This document shows, piece after piece, positions 48,835 through 57,907 of a stretch of 64,000 nucleotides of DNA. Each line of letters starts with the position of its first letter. Positions within the stretch are counted from its first letter, which is position 1. A program made the position numbers and the translations under genes. The notes below the pieces were generated by a model, which saw nothing but the letters and a program-made list of their open reading frames with translations, had not been told where the DNA came from and did not search any database. The stretch is from Minisyncoccota bacterium (GTDB lineage: Bacteria > Patescibacteriota > Minisyncoccia > Phycocordibacterales > UBA1550): assembly GCA_023229865.1 (NCBI GenBank), contig JALNYL010000001.1, positions 23,008 through 87,007 of the forward strand. The letters are read 5' to 3'.

Positions 48835-49497
48835 CTACTTCACCTCAATCTTCTCAATGATCATATCTTCCACAGGGCGGTCTTGCGCTCCTGTCTTAGT
48901 ATTTTCGATTGCAGTCACTACTTCCATTCCCGCCGTCACACGACCGAACGCAGTGTGCTTTGGATTAAGGAAGTTGTTGTCGGCAGTGTTGATAAAGAAC
49001 TGGCTGCCGTTAGTGTTGGGACCAGAGTTTGCCATCGAGATTGAACCGATGACGTTCTTGTTGTCGGCGCCAATCTCATCCGCAAACTGGTACCCAGGAC
49101 CGCCCGTCCCCCAGTACGCCTGCTTGGTCATATCTTTCGAAAGTGGATCACCACCCTGAATCATAAAACCTTTGATCACGCGGTGAAAACGTGTGCCGTT
49201 ATAAAATCCTTCGTTTGCAAGCTTCACGAAGTTTGCCACCGTGTTTGGCTTTGTGTCGGCAAAGAGCTCAATCGTGATTGCGCCCTTGTTGGTTGTCATT
49301 ACTACTGATGTCATAGGTTTCTTTGAATTAGTTTCTGATACTGTTTCTTTTGCTTTTGTTGTTGTCTCAGTGGTTGTCGTTGCGGTCGTGTTTGTGGGGG
49401 TTGTTGTCTCTGGTGCCTTTTTCGTCCCACCGACTACAACGATAAAAATAACAAACACTACGGCAACTACCGTAAAAATAATATTCTGTGTACTCAT
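48835..49497 (-). CDS. Membrane-anchored cyclophilin-type peptidyl-prolyl isomerase
   Basis: FHRVIKGFMIQGGD, SMANSGPNTNGSQFFI; N-terminal TM plus Thr-rich linker. Confidence 0.95.
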   Translation of the reverse strand: MSTQNIIFTVVAVVFVIFIVVVGGTKKAPETTTPTNTTATTTTETTTKAKETVSETNSKKPMTSVVMTTNKGAITIELFADTKPNTVANFVKLANEGFYNGTRFHRVIKGFMIQGGDPLSKDMTKQAYWGTGGPGYQFADEIGADNKNVIGSISMANSGPNTNGSQFFINTADNNFLNPKHTAFGRVTAGMEVVTAIENTKTGAQDRPVEDMIIEKIEVK

Positions 49498-49514
49498 AGT
49501 TTTGTAATCAATAA

Positions 49515-49883
49515 TTATTCTTTACCAAAACGGAGCATATTTTTGATTGCTCCCGCTCCGCGACGGAAAAGGGTGCGCGTCTTGTCTTTGTCAGATGAAA
49601 GAACGCGAACGAGCTCGTTACGCATATCATCGATAGCTGCATACAAATCAGCCGTCTCTGATGTGGCACGGAAATGCTTTCCGCGAACAACAATGTTTGC
49701 TTCGGCACGGAAGACATCTCCTGAATGATGATGATTGGTAGTCTTACCAATCTCAACATCTACAACAGGATTTTCATTCTTATGTGCCAATGCAAACTTT
49801 TCAACACTCTTAATCTTCTCTTCTACGTATGCCTCAATGGCGCTGGTAAGTTCGATATTTGTTGTTGTAATTTTGATCTTCAT
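49515..49883 (-). CDS. raiA: Ribosome hibernation factor (short HPF/RaiA)
   Basis: MKIKIT.NIELT.AI..YVEEK, DLYAAID. Confidence 0.92.
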   Translation of the reverse strand: MKIKITTTNIELTSAIEAYVEEKIKSVEKFALAHKNENPVVDVEIGKTTNHHHSGDVFRAEANIVVRGKHFRATSETADLYAAIDDMRNELVRVLSSDKDKTRTLFRRGAGAIKNMLRFGKE

Positions 49884-49891
49884 ACGTATAT

Positions 49892-49990
49892 TATATCGCC
49901 AAACGAGGAGCACTACAAGCATACGGGATGCTTACAGTGTCCGAGTGCCGTCGATATATGGTAATCCATATATCGCCAAACGAGGAGCAC
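49892..49990. repeat. 22-bp perfect direct repeat flanking a hairpin-rich 55-bp insert
   Basis: TATATCGCCAAACGAGGAGCAC at 49892-49913 and 49969-49990. Confidence 0.8.
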
Positions 49991-49996
49991 CGCAAA

Positions 49997-50224
49997 CTAT
50001 TCCTTGTCTGGAATTGAAAACATTTTGCTTGGTGAATGATGCCCAGAAATAATGCGAATTTGCTTTGGTTTTATCCCGAAATGCTCAGCGATGATTTCGA
50101 GAACGCGTGTGTTTGCCCGATTCCCTTCTGCAGGCTCCTTTACTGACACCAAAAAAGAATCATCGCCGCTTTGCGTAAATGATTCCTTTTTTACATCTGC
50201 AGCGACGCGGACTCGGATATACAT
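49997..50224 (-). CDS. DUF167 (YggU-like) protein
   Basis: VSVKEPAEGNRAN, IISGHHSPSK; start trimmed to MYIRV. Confidence 0.85.
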   Translation of the reverse strand: MYIRVRVAADVKKESFTQSGDDSFLVSVKEPAEGNRANTRVLEIIAEHFGIKPKQIRIISGHHSPSKMFSIPDKE

Positions 50225-50229
50225 GGGGG

Positions 50230-50355
50230 TAGAATATTGAATATTGTATATTGAATATGGAATAATACAAAGACTCAAAACACAGAGCACGGGCAACGAA
50301 GTTGCCCGTGCTCTGTATCTATTCAACATTCGACATTCAAAATTCGATATTCAAC
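50230..50355. repeat. Inverted heptamer arrays flanking a GC-rich hairpin
   Basis: TTGAATA-type x5, CAGAGCACGGGCAAC-GAA-GTTGCCCGTGCTCTG, ATTCAAC-type x5. Confidence 0.7.
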
Positions 50356-50357
50356 CC

Positions 50358-51797
50358 TTAGATTTTCTCCACGAGGGTCATATTGGTTCCGCCGATGTGC
50401 CCAAACGGTACACCCGCAACGATAACCACCTTGTCCCCTTTCTTGGCAACCTTGTTCTTGAGAACAAACGCGCGTATCTCCTTGATTGCATCATCGAGGT
50501 TAACAATCTTTTCCACCTGTACAGGATAACAGCCAAACGAGAGCGCAACTTGTTCAATCACGTGGGCCTTTGAACTCATTACAAATATTGGTTGCTCTGG
50601 GCGATAACGAGAAATCATACGTGCCGTGAGGCCTGACTCTGTAAGTGCGATAATTGCCTTTGCCCCCACGGTCGAGGCTGTCCCTACTGCTGCAAACGTA
50701 ACCGCGTCTACAATATCACGATAACCATCATCTTCACCTTCGATTGCAAACATGTCACCATAGAGCGCGCTGTGGTGAGGATAATTTGCCTCCACTGAAC
50801 CAGCAACACGTGCCATCATCGTTACTGCCTCTACAGGGTACTCGCCAAGGGCTGACTCTTCTGAGAGCATCACCGCGTCCGCGCCATCAAGGATAGAGTT
50901 TGCAACATCAGAAACTTCTGCGCGCGTTGGCACAGGGGTCTTGATCATTGACTCCATCATTTGTGTTGCCACGATAACTGGCTTACCAAGCGCCTTACAC
51001 TTTGAGATGATCATCTTCTGAAGGAGAGGCACCTGCTCTGCGGGCACCTCCACGGCAAGGTCACCACGCGCAACCATCACGCCATCGGTCTCCATAATAA
51101 TCGCGTCAATATTTTCAATAGCCTCCTCTGTTTCAATCTTTGCAATGATCTTTGCGGTTGAGCCGTGCTTTGCGAGGATACGACGAAGCTCCACGATATC
51201 CGAAGGACGACGAACGAATGAGAGTGCGAAGAAATCAACTTTGTGCTTTACGCCAAAGAGCAAATCTTTTTTGTCTTTTGCGGTGAGGCAAGAAATCTTG
51301 AGTGATACACCAGGAAGGTTTACACCACGACGACCCTTAGTCTCGCCTCCAACAATCACGCGACACTTGATCTCATCGACGCCGTTGGTCGAAAGCACAA
51401 GGAGACTCTTCTTTCCGTCATCAAGAAGAATCGAGTCGCCCTTCTTAATTTCCTTTGGAAGTGCTGCGTAGTTTACATACGCCTTGGTCTCATCGCCCAC
51501 ACACGCTTTGGTTGTGAGGGTAAAAGGTGAACCCTTCTTGAGCATTACGCGCTCCTGGTAGAAATCCCCGATACGAATCTTTGGGCCAGAGAGGTCCTGA
51601 AGAATAGCGACAGGTGTCCCCATCTTCTCAGATACCGCGTGAATATTCTTTACGCGCACTTCGTGTTCCTCGTGTGATCCATGAGAGAAATTGAGGCGAC
51701 ATACGTTCATGCCTGCGTTTACAAGGTTTTCAAGCATTGGCTGGCTTTCCGAAGCGGGCCCAATGGTTGCTACAATTTTCGTCTTTTTCATTGTCAT
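50358..51797 (-). CDS. pyk: Pyruvate kinase
   Basis: KTKIVATIGP, RLNFSHG, MVARGDL, DAVMLSEE. Confidence 0.98.
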   Translation of the reverse strand: MTMKKTKIVATIGPASESQPMLENLVNAGMNVCRLNFSHGSHEEHEVRVKNIHAVSEKMGTPVAILQDLSGPKIRIGDFYQERVMLKKGSPFTLTTKACVGDETKAYVNYAALPKEIKKGDSILLDDGKKSLLVLSTNGVDEIKCRVIVGGETKGRRGVNLPGVSLKISCLTAKDKKDLLFGVKHKVDFFALSFVRRPSDIVELRRILAKHGSTAKIIAKIETEEAIENIDAIIMETDGVMVARGDLAVEVPAEQVPLLQKMIISKCKALGKPVIVATQMMESMIKTPVPTRAEVSDVANSILDGADAVMLSEESALGEYPVEAVTMMARVAGSVEANYPHHSALYGDMFAIEGEDDGYRDIVDAVTFAAVGTASTVGAKAIIALTESGLTARMISRYRPEQPIFVMSSKAHVIEQVALSFGCYPVQVEKIVNLDDAIKEIRAFVLKNKVAKKGDKVVIVAGVPFGHIGGTNMTLVEKI

Positions 51798-51880
51798 ATC
51801 GTGGTGATTGTTTTAAATTAGTGAGGACTCATCGTAGCAAAATTTTGCATTTTTTCCAAATCTTGGTATGATGACTTTCG

Positions 51881-51937
51881 TATTCCGCGGTAGCTCAGTG
51901 GCAATAGAAATTAGCCAAGCGACTGTTTAACAGTCGC
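51881..51937 (+). pseudogene. Partial 5' duplicate of tRNA-Asn ending in a snap-back hairpin
   Basis: TATTCCGCGGTAGCTCAGTGG identical to the tRNA 5' end and flank; then CAAGCGACTGTT-T-AACAGTCGC. Confidence 0.7.
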
Positions 51938-51978
51938 AAATGACGCCACCAAAGGATTGTTTAAAATAGTGCCCATAT

Positions 51979-52050
51979 TCCGCGGTAGCTCAGTGGTAGA
52001 GCAAGCGACTGTTAATCGCTTGGTCGTAGGTTCGATCCCTACCCGCGGAG
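51979..52050 (+). tRNA. tRNA-Asn (GTT)
   Basis: TCCGCGG TAGCTCAGTGGTAGAGC AAGCGA CT GTT AA TCGCT ... GTAGGTTCGATCCCTAC CCGCGGAG; 72 nt; no encoded CCA. Confidence 0.96.
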
Positions 52051-52076
52051 CAATAAAAGAAAAGGCCCTCATCCTG

Positions 52077-52237
52077 AGGGTCTTTTCTTTTATCCTGCTT
52101 CCGCGAGTGTAGGGATCGAACCGTAGGCCCACCATTTTGGGGATGAGAGTAACCTCGAAGACCTACAAAATGGATGGTCTCGACCGCAGGGAGAGGCGAT
52201 CCCTACTCGCGCAAATTTTGACCAAAACCCGCGGAGC
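52077..52237. repeat. tRNA 3'-end-derived inverted and direct repeats forming a long hairpin element
   Basis: Reverse-complement copy GCTTCCGCGAGTGTAGGGATCGAACC; direct copies CGATCCCTACTCGCG and ACCCGCGGAGC. Confidence 0.7.
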
Positions 52238-52243
52238 TATCAC

Positions 52244-52277
52244 TTGACAATAACAGTATATGTGATATACTGTTATT
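52244..52277 (+). promoter_or_regulatory. Sigma70 promoter with a perfect 12-bp-arm dyad
   Basis: TTGACA(52244)...TG-A-TATACT; AATAACAGTATA-TGTGA-TATACTGTTATT. Confidence 0.75.
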
Positions 52278-52340
52278 AGTTCTTTTCAGGTGCCTACTTT
52301 GTAGGTTAAAGATAATCAACCACTAAAGATTGGAGAAGCT

Positions 52341-52628
52341 ATGAATAGCGAGCAACTGAAGGCTCTGGCCCAAAAAGCCTTTGCACTAGTAACAGGAGTA
52401 AACCCCGACGAAGTTACTTTCAAGGAAGGGACTCTCTTTCATAAATGCAAATGGGAGCATGGGGACTGCTCCATCGAAGGCAATTTTTACCACCACCGTC
52501 ACCACGACAACAATAGCGGTGTGGTTTGCATTACGTCTGAACTTTCAGACGAAGAGCCGTTCTATCGCTTCCCCTTCTCGTGGCACCACCTCTGGGACAT
52601 CAACACTGATTCCCCGATCATCGTCTAG
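52341..52628 (+). CDS. His-rich hypothetical protein
   Basis: SD GGAG; HHHRHHD; terminator about 52637-52675. Confidence 0.7.
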   Translation: MNSEQLKALAQKAFALVTGVNPDEVTFKEGTLFHKCKWEHGDCSIEGNFYHHRHHDNNSGVVCITSELSDEEPFYRFPFSWHHLWDINTDSPIIV

Positions 52629-52786
52629 TCGATTTAACCGCCGAAGCAAAAACTGCTTAGGCGGTTTTTGTTTTTAGAGTTTTTAGCCACTAGCCTGCTC
52701 AATAATCACTTTCCGAACTTCATCCAATGTTCGGGGTAATATATACACATAATTTACAGGCTCCCCCTTCATGCTATAATTCCCCC

Positions 52787-52987
52787 ATGAAAAACCTACC
52801 CACCCGCGTATTCATTTATTCATCACTCGCTTTTGGTATTATTGGTATCACCATGATTTTTGTCGGAGGTCCTGATGGAAATAGTAACATCCATTTAATA
52901 GAGACGTTACGTCGATTTCTCCTCGCAACTGTTTGTATTATTTTGCCCTCATTCGCATTGAGCGTCGCTGAAAAATATCTGAAGTAA
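52787..52987 (+). CDS. Small two-TM protein
   Basis: TATAAT-6 nt-ATG; two hydrophobic helices. Confidence 0.65.
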   Translation: MKNLPTRVFIYSSLAFGIIGITMIFVGGPDGNSNIHLIETLRRFLLATVCIILPSFALSVAEKYLK

Positions 52988-53024
52988 AACTTCTAACATT
53001 TTTATTATTCACTGTATAGAAACT

Positions 53025-53489
53025 ATGATATTCCCCAAACTAAACGAAGCAACAAAACAATACTGGACTGAAAGTGATTTTCAAAAACTAGAGGAAGCAA
53101 CAACTATTCAGGAAGTATTTGCTGTAGCAAAAAGCGTTATTTTACGCATGCCCGATTCTCTTGCTCAGGTATGTGGACCAATCACAAACGGAGGAAAAGG
53201 ATCCGTCGAAAAAAACCTTGAGGAGCTCGACAAGGCGATTGACAAACTTCAAAAACAAGGGGTACTTATTTTTGACCAGATGCCGTTTGAGGAACCCTTT
53301 CGTAAAATTGCTTACAGAAAAACCTCAACACAACACCACGACGATGTTCTTAATCTTTTTTATGAACCCATTTTTAAATTAGGGAAAATAAAAACTTTTT
53401 ATTTTCTTCCAGGTTGGGAAGGTTCGAAAGGTGCAATATGGGAATACCACAAAGCAGAGGAGCTCGGAATAAAAATAGTGTTACTTTAA
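53025..53489 (+). CDS. DUF4406-like (nucleoside deoxyribosyltransferase-fold) protein
   Basis: CGPIT...YFLPGWEGSKGAIWEYHKAEELGI. Confidence 0.7.
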   Translation: MIFPKLNEATKQYWTESDFQKLEEATTIQEVFAVAKSVILRMPDSLAQVCGPITNGGKGSVEKNLEELDKAIDKLQKQGVLIFDQMPFEEPFRKIAYRKTSTQHHDDVLNLFYEPIFKLGKIKTFYFLPGWEGSKGAIWEYHKAEELGIKIVLL

Positions 53490-53675
53490 AATCGTGGTTA
53501 TGCATTGTTTGCAATATATTAAATATTGCTGAAAATACCTAGAGTAAAATTGCTCACAACTCCCCCTTTGTACCTCAATAACGCACTTCGGAAACCTTGA
53601 CAAACCACTGAATCTGGGATAGTCTCAACCCCAGATTTTCTTTAGTTATTTAACAAAAACACAGGGAGAAATATT

Positions 53676-55106
53676 ATGCTTTCTACTGTTATACCTGCGA
53701 TCATTCTCGCATTACTTGCGGGACTTCTCGTGAAATACATTCTCGAGAAAAAAGGTGGCGAGGAACAAATCACCGCATTCGAACTCAAACTCGGCGCCGC
53801 TGTCATTGCTTTTATTGTGGCACCACTTGTGGGATACATCGGCTGGGAAGTCTCTCGTTCAAACCAAATCGTTTACAACGAATACTGGAATGGATGGGAA
53901 ATTGCCGCTGAGCGTAATGATGTCTCCTGCACAAGAGATGGTCCGTGTTATTGGGAATATGATTGCGACCCGTACCTCGTGTATGTGTCGCGGACATGCA
54001 CCCGGCCTGGCAAAAATGGTGGGACATACGAATGTGGCGGATACGAAACACGCTACCACAGTTGTCCTTATGTTACCGTTGAAACAACGTACAACGTACG
54101 CACAACTCTCGGTGGATACACTGTTGCCCCACACCGCTTCCCCGACGATCCGCAATCGCATCGCTGGAGAACTTCGAAAAGTATTCCTGACAGCACCATC
54201 AGCAATGCTGGCGTCGGGATTCCGAAATTCTGGAATGAAGTGTGGATGCGCATTGCTTCGGGGACACCCAACCCGGCAACCACCAGGAAGGAGTACAAAA
54301 ATTACATCCTCGCAAACGAAGGCACCATCCTCAAACAGCACTCGGCAAACATCGAGCATTACCTGAAGCAGGGTCTCCTGCCTCCGGTGACGGCTTCTGT
54401 TGTCGGGCTGTATGGGTCCAACAAGGTTTATTTCGTTGGACACCGTCCGGGGAATGCGACCGTGTGGCAAAGCACCCTGGAGCACCTCAATGCCGCTTTT
54501 GGTACTGAGCTTCAGGGCGACCTGCACGTCGTCATCGTTCAAAACGATGCAGTAAACGCGGACTACGATACTTACGTTTTAGCCCTCAAGGCATACTGGC
54601 AAGACAATAAAGTCTTCGGCAGGGATGCGTTCGGCAAAAACGGCGTAGCAGTAATCCTCGGAACAAACGACGGGAAGACGGTTGCATGGGCGCGTGCTTT
54701 TACGGGCATGCCCCGTGGCAACGAACACATGATTGTCGCTCTCGAAAGCGGCCTCAAGGGGCAGCTCCTCGATTCGACTATCGTACTCGGAACAATAACG
54801 CCGACCTCCGTGGTCAGCAAAAGTCCGAGTAGTGTTTCCCTTCGCATCACCAAAACCGACCGGACCGGAATCGTCCCCCGCATCATTTGGGGTGACGACG
54901 ACAAGTCGTTCCGCTTCGAGCGGATCGGCATGACCGGGAAGGGTTCTGGAAAAGGTAGTGGTTACTTGTATCTTTACGGCGAAATTCAGCCGACTGACAC
55001 GCAAAAGAAATGGATCGGATTTTTCGTCTTTTTATTTTCGTGCGTCTTCTGGTTTATCGCAGCAGCGCAAGACATTAGCAACACAAGGAAGTCGTCGCGG
55101 TACTAA
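53676..55106 (+). CDS. Membrane protein with a Cys-rich ectodomain and a TPM-like region
   Basis: Two N-terminal TMs, six-Cys segment, LHVVIV...ALKAYW...GKNGVAVILG, C-terminal TM. Confidence 0.7.
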   Translation: MLSTVIPAIILALLAGLLVKYILEKKGGEEQITAFELKLGAAVIAFIVAPLVGYIGWEVSRSNQIVYNEYWNGWEIAAERNDVSCTRDGPCYWEYDCDPYLVYVSRTCTRPGKNGGTYECGGYETRYHSCPYVTVETTYNVRTTLGGYTVAPHRFPDDPQSHRWRTSKSIPDSTISNAGVGIPKFWNEVWMRIASGTPNPATTRKEYKNYILANEGTILKQHSANIEHYLKQGLLPPVTASVVGLYGSNKVYFVGHRPGNATVWQSTLEHLNAAFGTELQGDLHVVIVQNDAVNADYDTYVLALKAYWQDNKVFGRDAFGKNGVAVILGTNDGKTVAWARAFTGMPRGNEHMIVALESGLKGQLLDSTIVLGTITPTSVVSKSPSSVSLRITKTDRTGIVPRIIWGDDDKSFRFERIGMTGKGSGKGSGYLYLYGEIQPTDTQKKWIGFFVFLFSCVFWFIAAAQDISNTRKSSRY

Positions 55107-55135
55107 TTGTTTCAACAACCACAAGGAGAGCAGTA

Positions 55136-55780
55136 ATGGAAAAAGCAAAATGGATTACCCCTGGTCGTGTCATCTTCGTGGCGCTGGTTGCCATTGGCAT
55201 CTGGGCGTACACGTACGCCAACGATCTGTGGAACACAGCAGTCCCCCACCAAACCGGCCTCAATGCGCAGTACAAGCAGAACCAAAGCTACCTTGCTGCG
55301 TACGAGTCTGGCTTCTTCGAAATGCTGGGTGTCGCAAACGTGAAGAGCGACAAGCTCAACAAAATTCTTCTTGATTCAGTCAAGGGGCGTTACGACGGCA
55401 ACTCTTCAGCAAAACCCGGGACAGGGATGCTGTTCTCGGCAATCGCGGAAGCGTACCCCGACCTTAAACAGTTGGATATCTACGACAAGGTCACCGACTA
55501 CATCGTTGCCCAGCGGGCAGGATATAACGGTCTGCAAGTCGCCTTGCTCTCCAGGATTCAATCTTTCGATACCTGGCGTCAAAGCAACCTTGTGCAAAGC
55601 CTGCTCATCAAGTATGTGCTCAATATCCCCAACAAGGATTTGATCGCGTGCGCGGGCCCGACTGACTGCAAGTACGGGGCAGAAGCTCTGGAGCGCATGC
55701 GCAACATCGTGCTCACCGAAGGCACCGAAAAGGCCTACGCAACGAGCAAGATGGCGCCACTCGTGGCTCCCAAAGACTGA
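55136..55780 (+). CDS. Divergent LemA-like protein
   Basis: N-terminal TM, helical body, EAYPDLK signature. Confidence 0.65.
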   Translation: MEKAKWITPGRVIFVALVAIGIWAYTYANDLWNTAVPHQTGLNAQYKQNQSYLAAYESGFFEMLGVANVKSDKLNKILLDSVKGRYDGNSSAKPGTGMLFSAIAEAYPDLKQLDIYDKVTDYIVAQRAGYNGLQVALLSRIQSFDTWRQSNLVQSLLIKYVLNIPNKDLIACAGPTDCKYGAEALERMRNIVLTEGTEKAYATSKMAPLVAPKD

Positions 55781-55906
55781 TCACACCTTGATCACAAAGC
55801 CGGAAGGAATCCCCTTCCGGCTTTTTTATTTACAAATCAAACACTGGACATTCATTCCCCTCTGTGGCATTGTTGGACCAGTTGAACATTCAAAAAGGAG
55901 CAGACC

Positions 55907-56902
55907 ATGAAAGGACTCAGACTGAGCTCTCTCACGGGAGAGCTCAAAAAAGTTGCTGAAAAGTATCAAGGCAAACCAGCTGCGACAATAAAAAGCCCCA
56001 CGAAAAGAATCGACGAGTTCTGGAAAAAAGAAATGAGGAACAGGGCTGATTCAACTCGTTTCCATGATTACTATTCTCGCCTCCCCTTGCAAGCATTGAG
56101 CAAGTTTTCATTCGACGAACTCTGCAAATTAAATTATTCGACAATATTTTTTATGCACGAGACCGTCGGAAAACTCTTTGCGACAAAAGCTCGCTATGAG
56201 ATTGTTGAAAAAATCAAGAGCTCAATGTGGCGATGGGGCTCTGGTGCGTATGTGTGGAATGAGGTTGTAGATGCGTACGAACATATCCGTAACTTTGTTT
56301 TTCACGAAGACCCAAACTTCGAAATCAGGATCGACCATTCGACACATCACCACGAGTGCGGTTATGCGAAATACAGTCGCATATTCATCGATGGCGTCTT
56401 TGCCTCCCTGGTCTATTACAAAAAGAAACATGTGATGACCATTGGGTTCTCAATCACGGAAGGCCGACGAGTGCTCATACAGCAAGTGCAGTCAGCGGAG
56501 CGCTCAGGTAATAGATATCTCTATCGCCTCCCCGCCAACCGTATGGAATTTGTCATTGAGCTTTTTCAAAACAACTTTCCTGGGTACGGACTGTACGTAA
56601 TTGACGCAAAGTTTCTCCTTGGCAAAACGCTCCGAAGCTATCGCAACGCACTCGACCTCGCCAACATCCGTGCAACACGACTTCAGCAAGAAGCCGACTC
56701 TTGCACAGACTTCAAGAGGGCAGATGCATTGAAGAGGCTCACAAAAACAATAAGTGAGGTGCGACTGATCAAAGAACATATCAATCACCTCCGTGATGAC
56801 CAAGACCGTCTCGATGCATTCTACAGAAACACGGGTAGATTCAGACTTGATTCTGAAAAATTCATCGTAAATAATCTTGTTCACTATAAGGCAACCACCT
56901 AA
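55907..56902 (+). CDS. Hypothetical protein
   Basis: 331 aa; SD AAGGAG; own terminator. Confidence 0.8.
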   Translation: MKGLRLSSLTGELKKVAEKYQGKPAATIKSPTKRIDEFWKKEMRNRADSTRFHDYYSRLPLQALSKFSFDELCKLNYSTIFFMHETVGKLFATKARYEIVEKIKSSMWRWGSGAYVWNEVVDAYEHIRNFVFHEDPNFEIRIDHSTHHHECGYAKYSRIFIDGVFASLVYYKKKHVMTIGFSITEGRRVLIQQVQSAERSGNRYLYRLPANRMEFVIELFQNNFPGYGLYVIDAKFLLGKTLRSYRNALDLANIRATRLQQEADSCTDFKRADALKRLTKTISEVRLIKEHINHLRDDQDRLDAFYRNTGRFRLDSEKFIVNNLVHYKATT

Positions 56903-56937
56903 CCCGCCCCCAGCACAATGCTGGCGGGCGGTTTCTT
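56903..56937 (+). terminator. Terminator, 35-bp repeat copy 1
   Basis: CCCGCCCCCAGCACAATGCTGGCGGGCGGTTTCTT. Confidence 0.85.
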
Positions 56938-57028
56938 ATTTAAATTATGATTGACTTTTTATAAGCTAAGAAGCATAGTGATTTTAGTTTGTTCCTATCA
57001 AAACTCGCTCACGCAAAAAGGAGGAATA

Positions 57029-57472
57029 ATGGAATCTAGTTCCTTGAACCAAATTGAGATTTTTGCCCGCATCGCCATGCAGGGATTTGAAACACAGATG
57101 CGCATCATCGATTGTCTCGAAAACGGAGCAACCAAGCAAGCATATATTGAAGAGCTTTATTGCAAGCTCGTCACTTTCTCCGAGGCAATCGAAAAGAACA
57201 AGGAGGTGCTTTTAGCTAATATTGAGGAGGAAGCAAATGCGAGTGCGAAACAATTAGATGCGATACGCAGTTTTCTCGACGAACTTGCGCGAGCATCTGA
57301 TGAACAATATGCAAAAGTATGCGCGAACGAAATGCGCAAGTCAGAAAAAAATACTCTGCACAATATTGGTACTGACGAATCAAAATTCTCGTCGACTATC
57401 ATACAACACTCTAATGCATTGAAAAAGGAGGTTGAGGGCCTCATCAAACAAGTCAACAATCTCCGTACATAA
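57029..57472 (+). CDS. Helical hypothetical protein
   Basis: SD AGGAGG; bracketed by identical terminators. Confidence 0.75.
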   Translation: MESSSLNQIEIFARIAMQGFETQMRIIDCLENGATKQAYIEELYCKLVTFSEAIEKNKEVLLANIEEEANASAKQLDAIRSFLDELARASDEQYAKVCANEMRKSEKNTLHNIGTDESKFSSTIIQHSNALKKEVEGLIKQVNNLRT

Positions 57473-57474
57473 AC

Positions 57475-57509
57475 CCCGCCCCCAGCACAATGCTGGCGGG
57501 CGGTTTCTT
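57475..57509 (+). terminator. Terminator, 35-bp repeat copy 2
   Basis: Identical to 56903-56937. Confidence 0.85.
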
Positions 57510-57517
57510 TTTACACG

Positions 57518-57588
57518 TTGACACCTCCTCTCCTCAGTGGTAGTTTTAAAAAAGTTGCACCTTATACAATACACAAACGGAGGCTGTT
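57518..57588 (+). promoter_or_regulatory. Cassette promoter/leader, copy 1
   Basis: TTGACACC-...-AGTGGTAGTTTTAAAAAAG..GCAC...ACACAAACGGAGG. Confidence 0.8.
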
Positions 57589-57882
57589 ATGGCGACCATT
57601 GATTTCGAATTACCGCAAAAGTTCATTGACCCAAAGAACAAGGAGCATATCAAACTTGTGGCGGAACGAATACAATCAATACGCCACGGATGTGCACATC
57701 GACCTTGCCCGCCGGAGATTCAAAAAGACGGTTCGGTTCATTTCCCTCTGACCAACAACCACTGGCTTTACCCACCCAATACCATTGGCGGTGTGAAGAA
57801 AAATCACTGGAAATTGCTCGGCAGATATGACACCGACGAAGAGCTTGCGCTCATCGTCAAAGCCCTTCAGCTCTGGCTCTAA
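57589..57882 (+). CDS. Hypothetical protein
   Basis: SD GGAGG; 97 aa. Confidence 0.75.
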   Translation: MATIDFELPQKFIDPKNKEHIKLVAERIQSIRHGCAHRPCPPEIQKDGSVHFPLTNNHWLYPPNTIGGVKKNHWKLLGRYDTDEELALIVKALQLWL

Positions 57883-57907
57883 TGTACCAACACAAAAGGA
57901 GGTCATC

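Noticed and set aside
55907-56902. VirK/YbjX (DUF535)-like assignment
   Set aside because: Only a faint resemblance (IGFS...LIQQVQ); not supportable without a profile search
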